From: a virus
Strand: one strand, 5' to 3'
Virus record (IMG/VR): IMGVR_UViG_3300020220_003261
Length of the DNA stretch: 64,000 nt
Shown here one piece after another: positions 1 through 10,441 of the stretch. Numbering within the stretch: position 1 is the stretch's first letter; every line of letters starts with the position of its first letter. The notes below the pieces were generated by a model. The model was not told the DNA's origin. It did not search any database and was given only the letters and a program-made list of their open reading frames with translations. The translations under genes were made by a program, and so were the position numbers.

Positions 1-1
1 T

Positions 2-106
2 TTTATGGATGCCAATTTAGGTCAATTCAGAATTTACAAATCATTAAGAACTACATCTGAAATTTTAGATGAATATAATAATACAAAATCAAGATACGGT
101 CTCTAA
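2..106 (+). CDS. C-terminal fragment of a LamG/concanavalin-A-like domain protein (runs off the window start)
   Basis: Not in the ORF track. Frame from base 2 reads FMDANLGQFRIYKSLRTTSEILDEYNNTKSRYGL*, resembling the phage LamG C-terminal pattern G.vrIYnraLs..EI.qnYna.k.RfGl. Confidence 0.6.
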   Translation, partial: FMDANLGQFRIYKSLRTTSEILDEYNNTKSRYGL

Positions 107-131
107 TTCAACCATAAAATTAGAGTGAGTA

Positions 132-884
132 ATGAAAATATTATTTTCATCTGTAAGTGTTATAAATTTTAATATAAATGAATTAAACTTACTTTATAAT
201 TCTGCGAAAAAATTTTTTTTACAAAACCATACTTTAGATTTTGTTTTATTTTCTGACATTGATATTAATATAGGTGGTGTCAGGACTATTAAAATAGATA
301 CTCCACATATACAATCTACAAATTTTTATCAGTTTTTAAAAGTTTTAACTTTAAATGAAATTGATATAAATGTATATGATTATATTTTTGTTAATGATAA
401 CGATCAAATGTATGTAAACTATGTTGAGGAATCTGATATTTTAACAAATGAATTATGTATACTATCTCATTTTTATCCCTCAGTAAAAACAAAAGATCAA
501 ATAATTTTATGGTCTGATATTGTTGAGATAAATGATCCGAACAAACAACATACTATGGGTAATTTTTTTGGTGGACCTAAATTTCTTATGCAACAATTTT
601 TAAACTTTTGTAATAATTTTTGGGAAACTCATAAAGATTATAGTTTCAATGGGACTGGAATTTTTTCAGTATATCCTGAAGAAGTTTTATTAATAAAATT
701 TTTAATAGATAATAATATTCAAGAAAAAAGGTTAATATCACAATTACATTTTGAAAATAAAGGATTTATGACTAATATAAACGCCTACGGGAATCTAATT
801 GAAAACATAAAAAACTTTAAGTTAATCCACAATACAAAACACGATTTAGATTTTTCACAAAAAATATTTGATTTAGTAAACTAA
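132..884 (+). CDS. Glycosyltransferase, GT6-like
   Basis: LYNSAKKFFL..FVLFSD, DYIFVNDNDQ (DXD), MGNFFGG and YPEEVLLIKF align with the GT6 motifs SAxKxF..FTD, DxDQ, GGFFGG and WHDESHLNKY. Confidence 0.6.
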   Translation: MKILFSSVSVINFNINELNLLYNSAKKFFLQNHTLDFVLFSDIDINIGGVRTIKIDTPHIQSTNFYQFLKVLTLNEIDINVYDYIFVNDNDQMYVNYVEESDILTNELCILSHFYPSVKTKDQIILWSDIVEINDPNKQHTMGNFFGGPKFLMQQFLNFCNNFWETHKDYSFNGTGIFSVYPEEVLLIKFLIDNNIQEKRLISQLHFENKGFMTNINAYGNLIENIKNFKLIHNTKHDLDFSQKIFDLVN

Positions 885-976
885 TTTTTTTTATTCAAAT
901 AATTTTTGTTATTATTGTAATATAAGACAAACTGTAATTAAGTTTACAAGCTAATAGGTCACATTAAAATTATAAC

Positions 977-3874
977 ATGAAAGAGATTATTTCTCAAGAA
1001 GTTATCGAAAACTTCTTAAATGGTGCCGATGCAGAAGAGTTCATTGTTGGTGTTGAATATGATTATCCAACAAATAAAATTTACAAAATTATACAAGATC
1101 CTGTTCAAGGAAAAATTATTAAACAAGATTCATTTATTCCGTTTCTTTGGGTTAGTGATTTAAGTGGTTTGAATTTTTATAAAAATTCGAAATCATTACA
1201 AAAGAAAAAAATGAATGAACATGGTATTATAATTGAAAAATTAGAAACCAAAGGTAATGAACGTTTAGAAAATGGTTTAAAGTTTTTAGTAAAAAGTATT
1301 AAGAGTTATACAAACCTTACAAGTTTTTTTAGGGAAGGTGGTTTAGATCCGTGGGATGATAAATATAGACAATACTTTCAGGTTTTATCACCCGTAGAAC
1401 AATATTTGATAGATAAAAAGAAAAGACTTTTCAAAGGTATAGATGACTATTCTGATGTTTATAGATTTGTATTTGATATTGAAACGACAGGTTTAGAACC
1501 TGAAACCAATAAAATAATTTTAATTGGTGTAAAAGATAATCGAGGTTTACAAAAAACAATTTCTGCTTTTGGTGAAGATGGTGAAAAAAAATGTATAGAG
1601 GAATTTTTTGAAATAATTAAAGAACAAAAACCTACAATTATAAGTGGATATAATTCAGCATTTTTTGATTGGCCATTTATTTTGAAAAGAGCAGAAATAC
1701 TTGGTGTTAATGTCCAATTATTGACAAGTATTTTTACAAGTAAAGGAATTATCGAAAAAGAGGGAGTTTTAAAACTAGCAAACGAAATTGAACCTTATAC
1801 ACAACATGTTATATGGGGTTTTAATATCATAGATATTGCTCACGCTGTTCGTAGAGCACAGGCAATTAATTCAGAAATTAAATCTTGGGGATTAAAATAC
1901 ATAACAAAATATTTGGAAAAAGAAAAACCAAATCGTGTTTACGTTGATGGTGCATGGATTTCAAAAATTTATCTTGATAATGAAAGTTATTATATTAATC
2001 CAAAAACTGGAAATTATAAAAAAATTGGTGAACCGGGAACTGAGGGTTTACTTGAAAAATTTCCTGGCAAATACGAAATATGGCCTGGCAGAAAAATTGT
2101 AGAACAATATTTGGATGATGATTTGTACGAAACTATGATTGTTGACGATTCGTTTTCACAATCTACATTTTTACTTTCTAAATTAGTTCCGACAACATAT
2201 GAAAGAATTGCAACAATGGGAACCGCAACATTATGGAAGATAATCATGTTAGCTTGGTCATATGAAAATAATCTAGCGATACCATGTAAAGATGAAAAAC
2301 GCGCAATTACAGGAGGTTTATCAAGATTATTAAATGTTGGTTACTCAAAAAATATTGTCAAATTTGACTATGCATCTCTTTATCCGTCAATTCAACTTGT
2401 TTATGATGTGTTTCCTGAATGTGACGTAATGAGTGTACAAAAGTCGATGTTGAAATATTTCCGTGACATTCGTATCAAATATAAAAGACTTGCTGGCGAA
2501 CTTACAAAGACAAATCCTGTTGAAGCGGAAATGTATGATCGTAAGCAATTACCAATTAAAATTTTTATTAATGGATATTTCGGTTCACTATCCGCGCCAC
2601 AAGTATTTCCTTGGGGTGATATGAATATGGGTGAAACAATTACATGCACAGGTCGTCAATGTCTTCGTATGATGATTATGTTCTTTATGAAGAAAGGATA
2701 TAAACCTCTTGTAATGGATACAGATGGTGTCAACTTTGAAATGCCTCTAAATGTTGAAAATACTATTTATGTTGGTAAGGGAAATAATGAATTAGTGGAA
2801 AAAGATAAAGAATATTGGGGTGTTGAAGCGGACACTGCCGAGTTCAACGACATATTCATGAGAAATGAAATGGGGTTGGATATTGACTACTTTTCTTCAG
2901 CGAGTATTAACGTTTCTCGTAAGAACTACATCATTAAGTTGTTAAAAAAAGGTAAAGAAAAAATCAAATTAACAGGTAATACTATTAAATCAAAAAAGTT
3001 ACAACAATACGTTGTTGAATTTTTAGATGAAGGTTTAAAACATTTATTGAATGGTGATGGAGTTGCATTTATAGAATTATATTATGAATATGTTAATAAA
3101 ATATTTAGTAAAGAAATTCCATTATCCAAAATTGCAAACAGGGCTCGTGTTAAACAATCAATCGAAGATTATAAAAAACATATAAAAAAAACAACTAAAG
3201 CGGGATCATTAATGTCAAGACAGGCACATATGGAACTTGTAATATTAAATGATTATCCGGCTGGTTTAGGTGAAACAATTTATTATATTAATAATGGAAC
3301 AAAAAAGTCATCAGGAGATGTTCAAAAAATTTCTAAACCAACAAAAAAACAACAAGAAGAATACTTACAAAAATATAATAAACAAATACCAAATGATTTC
3401 ATTGAAATAAATTGTTACATGATAATGGAAAAGGAAATTCAAAATAATCCCGATATGACAGGTGATTATAATGTTCCTCGTTACATGAATATTTTTAATA
3501 AAAGAATTGAGTCATTGCTTTGTGTTTTTAAACCAGAAATTAGAGACGAAATATTAATTGAGGATCCAAAAGATAGACAATATTTTACTAAACTACAATG
3601 TGAATTAGTAAATGGTTTTCCACTAAAAGAAGGTGGTCAAGATAAATTTGAAGAGGTGATGACACTTTCAGACTCTGAAGTTTTATTTTGGAATAGGGTA
3701 AAAAAAGATCCATTCTTTATGTATGTTGATAATAGTTTAGATTTAGTTGATAAATATTGGGTAGATCACAATAGAAAAGTTGTATCATTACAAGCAAATA
3801 GTACAATAAGTAATGAAGATGAAATTATTGAAAGTAATGGAAACGATTTTGCTTATCATGCGGTAGAAATTTAA
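977..3874 (+). CDS. polB: Family B DNA polymerase with 3'-5' exonuclease
   Basis: ExoI DIETTG, ExoII GYNSAFFDW, ExoIII YLDDDL; polymerase motifs FDYASLYPSI, KIFINGYFG, MDTDG. Confidence 0.97.
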   Translation: MKEIISQEVIENFLNGADAEEFIVGVEYDYPTNKIYKIIQDPVQGKIIKQDSFIPFLWVSDLSGLNFYKNSKSLQKKKMNEHGIIIEKLETKGNERLENGLKFLVKSIKSYTNLTSFFREGGLDPWDDKYRQYFQVLSPVEQYLIDKKKRLFKGIDDYSDVYRFVFDIETTGLEPETNKIILIGVKDNRGLQKTISAFGEDGEKKCIEEFFEIIKEQKPTIISGYNSAFFDWPFILKRAEILGVNVQLLTSIFTSKGIIEKEGVLKLANEIEPYTQHVIWGFNIIDIAHAVRRAQAINSEIKSWGLKYITKYLEKEKPNRVYVDGAWISKIYLDNESYYINPKTGNYKKIGEPGTEGLLEKFPGKYEIWPGRKIVEQYLDDDLYETMIVDDSFSQSTFLLSKLVPTTYERIATMGTATLWKIIMLAWSYENNLAIPCKDEKRAITGGLSRLLNVGYSKNIVKFDYASLYPSIQLVYDVFPECDVMSVQKSMLKYFRDIRIKYKRLAGELTKTNPVEAEMYDRKQLPIKIFINGYFGSLSAPQVFPWGDMNMGETITCTGRQCLRMMIMFFMKKGYKPLVMDTDGVNFEMPLNVENTIYVGKGNNELVEKDKEYWGVEADTAEFNDIFMRNEMGLDIDYFSSASINVSRKNYIIKLLKKGKEKIKLTGNTIKSKKLQQYVVEFLDEGLKHLLNGDGVAFIELYYEYVNKIFSKEIPLSKIANRARVKQSIEDYKKHIKKTTKAGSLMSRQAHMELVILNDYPAGLGETIYYINNGTKKSSGDVQKISKPTKKQQEEYLQKYNKQIPNDFIEINCYMIMEKEIQNNPDMTGDYNVPRYMNIFNKRIESLLCVFKPEIRDEILIEDPKDRQYFTKLQCELVNGFPLKEGGQDKFEEVMTLSDSEVLFWNRVKKDPFFMYVDNSLDLVDKYWVDHNRKVVSLQANSTISNEDEIIESNGNDFAYHAVEI

Positions 3875-3912
3875 ATTATTTTATAAGTGACATTTACTCT
3901 TGTAATTTAATA

Positions 3913-5031
3913 TCAAATTACATTAAATGGTGATTGCATTGGTCTATATTTCAATGACTTGTTTAGATTTTCTGCTTCGTTACCTTTTCTTTCAAGTATT
4001 TTTTCAGGACGAAGTCTCTCAAGTCTTTGCATTAATTCTTCGATAAGTTTTGATCTTTCATCTTTTGCTTCAGTAAGTAAAGTTGAATAATCAAGTTTAA
4101 TTGTGCTATCGGGAACCTGTAGATCACCTGAAAATTTACCCCATATTCTGGCCAATCCTTCTTTTGCAAATGTTATAAGATATTTTCTAACCCAGTTTTG
4201 TGCTGGTCTATTTAAAATGTCCCATGTCAACATTTCTGTTTCAACGTCTGATGGAAGTTTGACAACATCAGCATTTTGTTCTAAACACGTATCTCTATCG
4301 AATGTATCATAATACCAATACCAAACTTTGAAATTGTTATTTGTTATTGAAGCAAAGTCAAATCTCCCTCCTGGAACGTTGTATAAATGAACATTTTTTG
4401 TTCCATTTGGACCCGCCGTAATCCTGTAAGTTAATTCACCACCAATTAATCTGTTTTTAAGATTTCTATCTTGCATTCTTAACAATAAATCAAATGCCGG
4501 TAAAAGAAAATATGATCCTGAAGAACCAACTTGTGCAAATCCACCAACACCACCAAATCCAACGCCACCAAGACCACCAAAACCACCTAAGAACGGATCA
4601 ACTATTGAGTCTGTTAATTCTGATCTCGTAAACCATAATAATTCATTAATTTCTCTGCCAGCAGGTATTGTGTAGTTTTGGACTCCTCTTGTTAATTCAA
4701 AATAATCTTTTTTAAGTTCCCAAGGTCCGTTTGATTGCAAACCAACAATTTTAGAATATGAATAGGAATATTGAGTTTCATACTCTAAACTTCTTGTTGT
4801 AAAAGCTCTTGAAAGAGACTGAGCATCAACATCCAAACCAACTAAAGCGGACCACTGAGATTCGATTAACCAATCATTTACATACTGTTCGTATTCTGAC
4901 ATGGATAATTCTAAAAAAGTGTCCATTTGTTCCTCTGTAAGTTCAATACCTCTAACTGGCATACCTAAAAGGTGGAAAACTTGTGTATATAGTTTATCTT
5001 TTTGATCCTGTGTGATTATTGTCGCGGACAT
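3913..5031 (-). CDS. Neck/head-tail adaptor protein (T4 gp13-like)
   Basis: N-terminal ELTEEQMDTFLE and C-terminal WVRKYL..AKEGLARIWGKFSG..VP..TIKLD..LLTEAKDE pattern. ATG at 5031 preferred over the track's TTG at 5088 because a TATTTAT motif lies between them. Confidence 0.72.
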   Translation of the reverse strand: MSATIITQDQKDKLYTQVFHLLGMPVRGIELTEEQMDTFLELSMSEYEQYVNDWLIESQWSALVGLDVDAQSLSRAFTTRSLEYETQYSYSYSKIVGLQSNGPWELKKDYFELTRGVQNYTIPAGREINELLWFTRSELTDSIVDPFLGGFGGLGGVGFGGVGGFAQVGSSGSYFLLPAFDLLLRMQDRNLKNRLIGGELTYRITAGPNGTKNVHLYNVPGGRFDFASITNNNFKVWYWYYDTFDRDTCLEQNADVVKLPSDVETEMLTWDILNRPAQNWVRKYLITFAKEGLARIWGKFSGDLQVPDSTIKLDYSTLLTEAKDERSKLIEELMQRLERLRPEKILERKGNEAENLNKSLKYRPMQSPFNVI

Positions 5032-5073
5032 AATTTCTTTGTATATTCTAATAAATAGTTTAGATTTGTGAAT

Positions 5074-6060
5074 ATGATAAGAGACCAATTTGTGGAAATA
5101 TATAATAAAAAAAAGTTGGTTAGGGATTTATTAAAAAATACCCTAAACGAAGTTTTACCTACAGTAGATTTTTCAAATACTGCAAAGTATAGATATAACA
5201 AGATTAAAGGTGGAATAGAAATAAATTTGTCTGGTTGTTGGGTTTGGTCTTGGATGAACACCTTAAACACAAATTATTCATGTTTATATTTGTTGATTGA
5301 TGAAATTAACAGAATTGAACCAAAAAAAATTTTAGGTGATTATTTAGAAAATAATACGGAAATCACTATAGAATATTTTAAATCGTGTTTGATAAAACAT
5401 AAACAGGTTTTTTTTACTCGTGGTTCTAATATTTTTAGAGACATGTTTTTTATTACACAAATGACATGGAATAAAGGTCTTATATCGGTTATATCAGGTT
5501 TAATAACATTTTCAAAAAATTTTAAAATTGAAAATTTTAATGTTGATTACAAAAGAGGTCAAATAGATGATATGACCAAAGGATGTGATTTAGAAATATT
5601 CTTCGATGGTAGAAAAAATAAATGCCAACACAAAATTTCCAAACTATATGATAAAGGTGGTTTTTTCATTTCAAATAATTTTATATATAGTGAAGAAATA
5701 TATAGAAAACATGTAGATTTAATTTCGATAGAGTCAGACGAAAAAATTTATTTGTTTCATAATTCAAAAGATAAAAATTTATGTGGAACAGATGAAAGAG
5801 GTAATTTTAAAATATATAAATCAATATTAATACATCCACCAATGTATAAAGAAAATCAAGAGGTAACAAAGTTTTTAACAATGTTAAATCAACATTGTTT
5901 TACTAAAAAAATCATATTTGAATTTGAAAAGGGAGATGTTTTGGAAAATTATTTCGAGGATGTAACAAATAATAACGTGAGAATAATCAAACTTTTTTTA
6001 AATAATTTTGATGACGACAATTTAGTAGAAAAAATTAAAAATCAAATAGACAAACTATAA
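5074..6060 (+). CDS. Hypothetical protein with a weak PD-(D/E)XK-like motif
   Basis: Long ORF (ATG 5074; GTG 5068 alternative). Segment DDMTKGCDLEIFFDGRKNKCQHK resembles a D..G.D....QxK nuclease core. Confidence 0.45.
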   Translation: MIRDQFVEIYNKKKLVRDLLKNTLNEVLPTVDFSNTAKYRYNKIKGGIEINLSGCWVWSWMNTLNTNYSCLYLLIDEINRIEPKKILGDYLENNTEITIEYFKSCLIKHKQVFFTRGSNIFRDMFFITQMTWNKGLISVISGLITFSKNFKIENFNVDYKRGQIDDMTKGCDLEIFFDGRKNKCQHKISKLYDKGGFFISNNFIYSEEIYRKHVDLISIESDEKIYLFHNSKDKNLCGTDERGNFKIYKSILIHPPMYKENQEVTKFLTMLNQHCFTKKIIFEFEKGDVLENYFEDVTNNNVRIIKLFLNNFDDDNLVEKIKNQIDKL

Positions 6061-7797
6061 CAACTCCTTAATTAAATCTTTACTAAATGTTTCAGAATAT
6101 TCTCCATCACCCATAACCTGATCAATTATATTCTTTTTCTTCTGTAGTATATTGTATATTACCTTTTCAATCGTATTTTCAAATACAGGATAAAAAACTA
6201 AAACACTATTTTTTTGTCCGTATCTATATGCTCTGTCTTCCGCCTGACTATGATGTGCCGGAACAAAAGATAAATCGTTCATTATAACTGTTTCCGCTGC
6301 TGTCAGCGTAATACCAACTCCACCCGCAACTATATTAGAAATAAATATTTTTACCTTGTCTTCGTTTTGAAATCTGTCAACCGATTCTTGTCTACGTTCT
6401 TTATTCATTCTACCATCAAGAATAACCGATTGTTTTTTGTATTTTTCGTGTAACATATCTAAGGTCATTGTGAAATTAGTAAACACAATAACTTTTTTAC
6501 CTTGTTCCAAACAACGATCAATCAGTTCGCATGTATAGGGTATTTTTTCATATGAAATAAGTTGCCTCACTTTCATGAGACGATTTAATGTTACACTTAC
6601 AGTATCAGTTTCTTTATTTTCTTTACTTATTCTAGTAAATTCTTCTAATTCTTCATCGTACATTTTTGAATTTAATTCAACAAAAATTGGTGTTACAATT
6701 TTTTCAGGTAAATCAAGAATATCTGTTTTCATTCTTCTCAAAACAACATTTTTTGTTCTCTCTCTCAGTTCGTCTAAATTACTTGCGCCGCTTGTATTCC
6801 AAACTTTTCTATTACCAACCCTAAATTGAAATCCTTTACAATATCTTCTTACATATGTTTGCCAATTTAATGTAAGCGGTGACCCAACAATTTTTAATAA
6901 ATTGAAATAATTTATTGGTCGTGATGTCATAGGGGTTCCTGTTAATAACCAAACTTTTTGTATTGTGTTCAAAACATCATTTAAAAGTCTTGTTCTATTT
7001 GCAGTTGTATTAGAGATATAGTGTGCCTCATCTACTATTGCAATATCAAATTTTTCATTAACCAATAATTTATAATCTTCACTATCTTCGCTTTTATCTG
7101 TTGTATGATAATTTTTTAATATATCATAGTTTATAATATAATAATCAAAAGTAGATCCCCATTTTCTACCTTCCACAATTAAAATTCTTTTATCTGAATA
7201 GTTTTCAATCTCTCTTTTCCAATTTATTTTCAAAGAAGCTGGACATACAATCAAGACTTTTTTTACACTACACTCTAAAGAAGCTATTACCGCGGATGTA
7301 CTTTTACCCAAACCCATATCGTCAGCAAGAATAAACTTATCATTGGCCAATAATTTTTCTATTGCAAACTTTTGATGTTCCATCGGTGGCCGATTTGAAT
7401 ATATTGAATAATCAATTTCTCTATTTAATTTTTTTTCGGGTTGAACAACCGCAGCTTTTGGTAACCAAAATGCACTATTATGTTCCGAATCTAAAATTTT
7501 ACCCCAAATATGATATGCCTTTTCGGTTTCACACAATAATTTTTCACACCATATTTGTATAGGTGGAATTGGTAGTAATTTATCTTCCTGAATTTTTTCA
7601 CCAAATGTTGAAACTATTTGTATATGCTTTCTCGCAACTTTAGGTGTTGTTTCTTTATATTTTAAAACATATTCGGCTTGAGGTCTTGTTAATTTAAAGT
7701 TTTTTAAATCAATAAATTTACGTTTCCATTCTAATAGTTGATTATTAGAACCGTCATATGTTGACAATATTTCTCTTGCTTCTATTTCCGGTATCAT
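6055..7797 (-). CDS. SNF2-family (SMARCAL1/HARP-like) helicase/ATPase
   Basis: LADDMGLGKST, VCPASLK.NW, DEAH, LTGTP, GITLTAA, QAEDRAYRYGQ. Confidence 0.95.
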   Translation of the reverse strand: MIPEIEAREILSTYDGSNNQLLEWKRKFIDLKNFKLTRPQAEYVLKYKETTPKVARKHIQIVSTFGEKIQEDKLLPIPPIQIWCEKLLCETEKAYHIWGKILDSEHNSAFWLPKAAVVQPEKKLNREIDYSIYSNRPPMEHQKFAIEKLLANDKFILADDMGLGKSTSAVIASLECSVKKVLIVCPASLKINWKREIENYSDKRILIVEGRKWGSTFDYYIINYDILKNYHTTDKSEDSEDYKLLVNEKFDIAIVDEAHYISNTTANRTRLLNDVLNTIQKVWLLTGTPMTSRPINYFNLLKIVGSPLTLNWQTYVRRYCKGFQFRVGNRKVWNTSGASNLDELRERTKNVVLRRMKTDILDLPEKIVTPIFVELNSKMYDEELEEFTRISKENKETDTVSVTLNRLMKVRQLISYEKIPYTCELIDRCLEQGKKVIVFTNFTMTLDMLHEKYKKQSVILDGRMNKERRQESVDRFQNEDKVKIFISNIVAGGVGITLTAAETVIMNDLSFVPAHHSQAEDRAYRYGQKNSVLVFYPVFENTIEKVIYNILQKKKNIIDQVMGDGEYSETFSKDLIKELL

Positions 7798-7853
7798 AAT
7801 TGAACAATTAAAATATAAATAATTTAAATATAATACTAAACTATTTACATAAG

Positions 7854-8420
7854 ATGGGTGCCAAGTTCTATTCAGAATCTATTTTAATATTCCAAAAGTG
7901 TGGAACTAGGTTTTTTAAAAAAACTGAACCATATTTAGGATTACCCAAAATCGTATCTCCTTTTTACAATTCAGAGTTTGATTGGAACAAAGTCAAATAT
8001 GTGATTGTAAGACCTCCAAGTGACGTTTTTTTATCTTCATTACATACAGAATACTTTAATATTAAAAGAATTGGTGGATCTGAAATTATAATAAATAAAA
8101 TGTTGGATGTGGTTGAAGGAGGTGGTCATTTTCATCCAAAACAAAACGAATATCTTTACCATTATTGGTGTGATTATAATTTCAAAACTATTGATATCTC
8201 TAATTTAAGTTTGTTTACAAAATTAATGACAGGAATAGAAATTTCTATTGAAAATTCAGATACATATTTAGAATTTTCAAAAAATATTACAAAAGAAAAA
8301 ACATTTAATTTTTTTAAAGAAAAATATCTAAAAAAAATAGAAAAATTATTACGTTTGGTTGAAGAAGATAATATTTGGTATAAAAGGTTATTGGAAAAAT
8401 CAAGACTGACTTCTTTTTAA
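7854..8420 (+). CDS. Putative sulfotransferase-fold protein (degenerate)
   Basis: QKCGTR (5'-PSB-like KxGxT), VIVRPPSDVFLSSL (3'-PB-like RxPxxxxxS), HFHPKQ (HxxPQ-like). Confidence 0.4.
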   Translation: MGAKFYSESILIFQKCGTRFFKKTEPYLGLPKIVSPFYNSEFDWNKVKYVIVRPPSDVFLSSLHTEYFNIKRIGGSEIIINKMLDVVEGGGHFHPKQNEYLYHYWCDYNFKTIDISNLSLFTKLMTGIEISIENSDTYLEFSKNITKEKTFNFFKEKYLKKIEKLLRLVEEDNIWYKRLLEKSRLTSF

Positions 8421-8435
8421 ACTATTTATTAGTAT

Positions 8436-8948
8436 ATGGATAATAAACTACCAATTACCAGATTGTCAAAGTTTTTTTCGAAAGAAGACTTTGATGTGAA
8501 CATAGAAATGGGTCAAGAATATCTTCATGGTGATCTTAACATGAAGTTGGTTCTTTATCGTGTAGATAAAACAAGCACGGATACCGACGCAATATATGCT
8601 GAGGTTGGTAAAGATGAAATAAAATTTTTTCCTCCTATAGAATTTAATGCTTTGGTTAAAATTGATGAACCAAAAAACTCCACTTATAAAAATGGATTAG
8701 TTAGGTATAATGAACCAGGAAATTTGACAATATCTGTATATATAAAACATCTCGAAGATCTTAAAATAGATATAAAATATGGTGATTTTATTGGCTATGC
8801 AGATTCTGAAGATAAATTAAGATTTTATACTGTTGTAAATGATGGTAAAATAACTTCAGATAATAAACATAAAATGTTTGGATATAAACCACATTATAGA
8901 ACTGTGATTTGTGTCTCAGCACAACAATCAGAATTTAGAGGAATTTAA
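8436..8948 (+). CDS. Neck/head-closure protein (T4 gp14-like)
   Basis: 170 aa, VLYRVD..IYAE..KFFPP..GDFI pattern; lies directly upstream of the tail terminator and has a TATTTAT motif. Confidence 0.55.
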   Translation: MDNKLPITRLSKFFSKEDFDVNIEMGQEYLHGDLNMKLVLYRVDKTSTDTDAIYAEVGKDEIKFFPPIEFNALVKIDEPKNSTYKNGLVRYNEPGNLTISVYIKHLEDLKIDIKYGDFIGYADSEDKLRFYTVVNDGKITSDNKHKMFGYKPHYRTVICVSAQQSEFRGI

Positions 8949-8949
8949 G

Positions 8950-10203
8950 ATGGGTATACCTAAAAGAAAAAATAATATTGATGTTTACGGAGGTAAAGAA
9001 TATTACAGAGGTAAACAATTACTAGACAGGAGACAAGAATTATTAGATAGAATAACCAAATCCGATTCTTTTCTACCTGATTCCATTTTACATGATGATT
9101 TAGATAGTGGTATGTTAGATTTTATTAAGAAAAACTTTGTAGTTGTATCTGACGGTGAGAAAATTCCTATTGTACCAAAAATATTAACTGTCCAAAGATG
9201 GGGGGAATTTACAAATACGTGGCAATTTACTGATGAAGATGAAAATATAAAATTACCATTTATTGCAATAATTAGAAAACCAGATGTTCAACCTGGAACA
9301 AATCCCGTTACACAAAGAACAATACCAGATAGAAGCACTTTTTATTACGCATCTGTTCCTACATGGAACGGAACACAAATGGGTGCGAATATATATAAAA
9401 TTCCACAACCAGTTGCCGTTGACATTTCTTTTGAGGTAACAATTGTCTGCACGAAATTTAGAGACTTAAATAGATTTAATAAAATTGTTTTACAAAAATT
9501 TTCATCAAGACAAGCCTATACTACAGTTAAAGGACACTATATTCCTATTGTATTAGATAGTATTGAAGATAATACACCCATGGATACTATGGATGGTCGT
9601 AGATTTTATCTTCAGAACTATAAATTTACTATGTTAGGATTTTTGATTGATAGTGAGGAATTTGAAGTTAAACCAGCGGTAAGTAGATTATTTCTTATGA
9701 ATGAATTTATACAGAGTAAAGCGTATCAAAAAAAGTATATAAATAAATCAATTGATACTACGGTTGCCACATTTATTGCAGATGGAATACAAACAGCTTT
9801 CAGTGTTGGTGAGAGTATAGGAATATTATTTAGTGGTGCTGTAAATGGATTATTACAAGAAAGAGATTTGGATTATTACCATGTTGCTTTAACATCAAAA
9901 ATAACATTTGTAACTCCACCAGTAGAAGGTAGTGTTATATCCATAAGTTATTACAAAGGAAGAAATAATGTTTTTATAGACAACTATGGTAAACCCATTT
10001 TTGTGGCCACAGAATATTTCACATATGACGGAAGTTCACTAAGTTTTAATACTGTCAATGCGATTAATAGTGTAGTTAGTTTTGATATTAATGGTCTTAT
10101 AGAAGAAGAAGGTACTGGGTTTGATATTACGGGTAGTAACGAAATAACCTTGAATTTTTCTCCTGTAATAAACTCGAGAATTGGTGTAATTTATTTGTAT
10201 TAA
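8950..10203 (+). CDS. Tail terminator/completion protein (gp15-like) with two C-terminal Ig-like repeats
   Basis: LPFIAI, PQPVAVDISFEVTI, RRFYLQNYKFTMLGF; C-terminal DG..T.F / NGL.Q..DY / ITF..PP..GS.I.I.Y repeated twice. ATG 8950 is in frame with the track's GTG 8911. Confidence 0.55.
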   Translation: MGIPKRKNNIDVYGGKEYYRGKQLLDRRQELLDRITKSDSFLPDSILHDDLDSGMLDFIKKNFVVVSDGEKIPIVPKILTVQRWGEFTNTWQFTDEDENIKLPFIAIIRKPDVQPGTNPVTQRTIPDRSTFYYASVPTWNGTQMGANIYKIPQPVAVDISFEVTIVCTKFRDLNRFNKIVLQKFSSRQAYTTVKGHYIPIVLDSIEDNTPMDTMDGRRFYLQNYKFTMLGFLIDSEEFEVKPAVSRLFLMNEFIQSKAYQKKYINKSIDTTVATFIADGIQTAFSVGESIGILFSGAVNGLLQERDLDYYHVALTSKITFVTPPVEGSVISISYYKGRNNVFIDNYGKPIFVATEYFTYDGSSLSFNTVNAINSVVSFDINGLIEEEGTGFDITGSNEITLNFSPVINSRIGVIYLY

Positions 10204-10365
10204 TTATTCCCCATACAGGTCTTTCTTTTTTTGTTTACAATTTTCTTCAATCCACTTTTCCAAAAGTTTATATATTTTTAATCCGTTTTTTTCACAATAC
10301 GATTTTAATATATCGTGATATTTTTCACTGATTTTTACGTTTTTAGTTTTTGTTATTTCACTCAT
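10204..10365 (-). CDS. Ribbon-helix-helix (Arc/CopG-like) DNA-binding protein, 53 aa
   Basis: Not in the ORF track. MSEITKTKNVKISEKYHDILKSYCEKNGLKIYKLLEKWIEENCKQKKKDLYGE*: alternating strand KNVKI, helix A, G turn, helix B. Confidence 0.72.
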   Translation of the reverse strand: MSEITKTKNVKISEKYHDILKSYCEKNGLKIYKLLEKWIEENCKQKKKDLYGE

Positions 10366-10441
10366 AGATAAAAAAAGATATTTTAAGATAAATAACTATC
10401 TTTTTAAAAAAAAATACGGAAATCTTTGGTAAAATCAAAGA

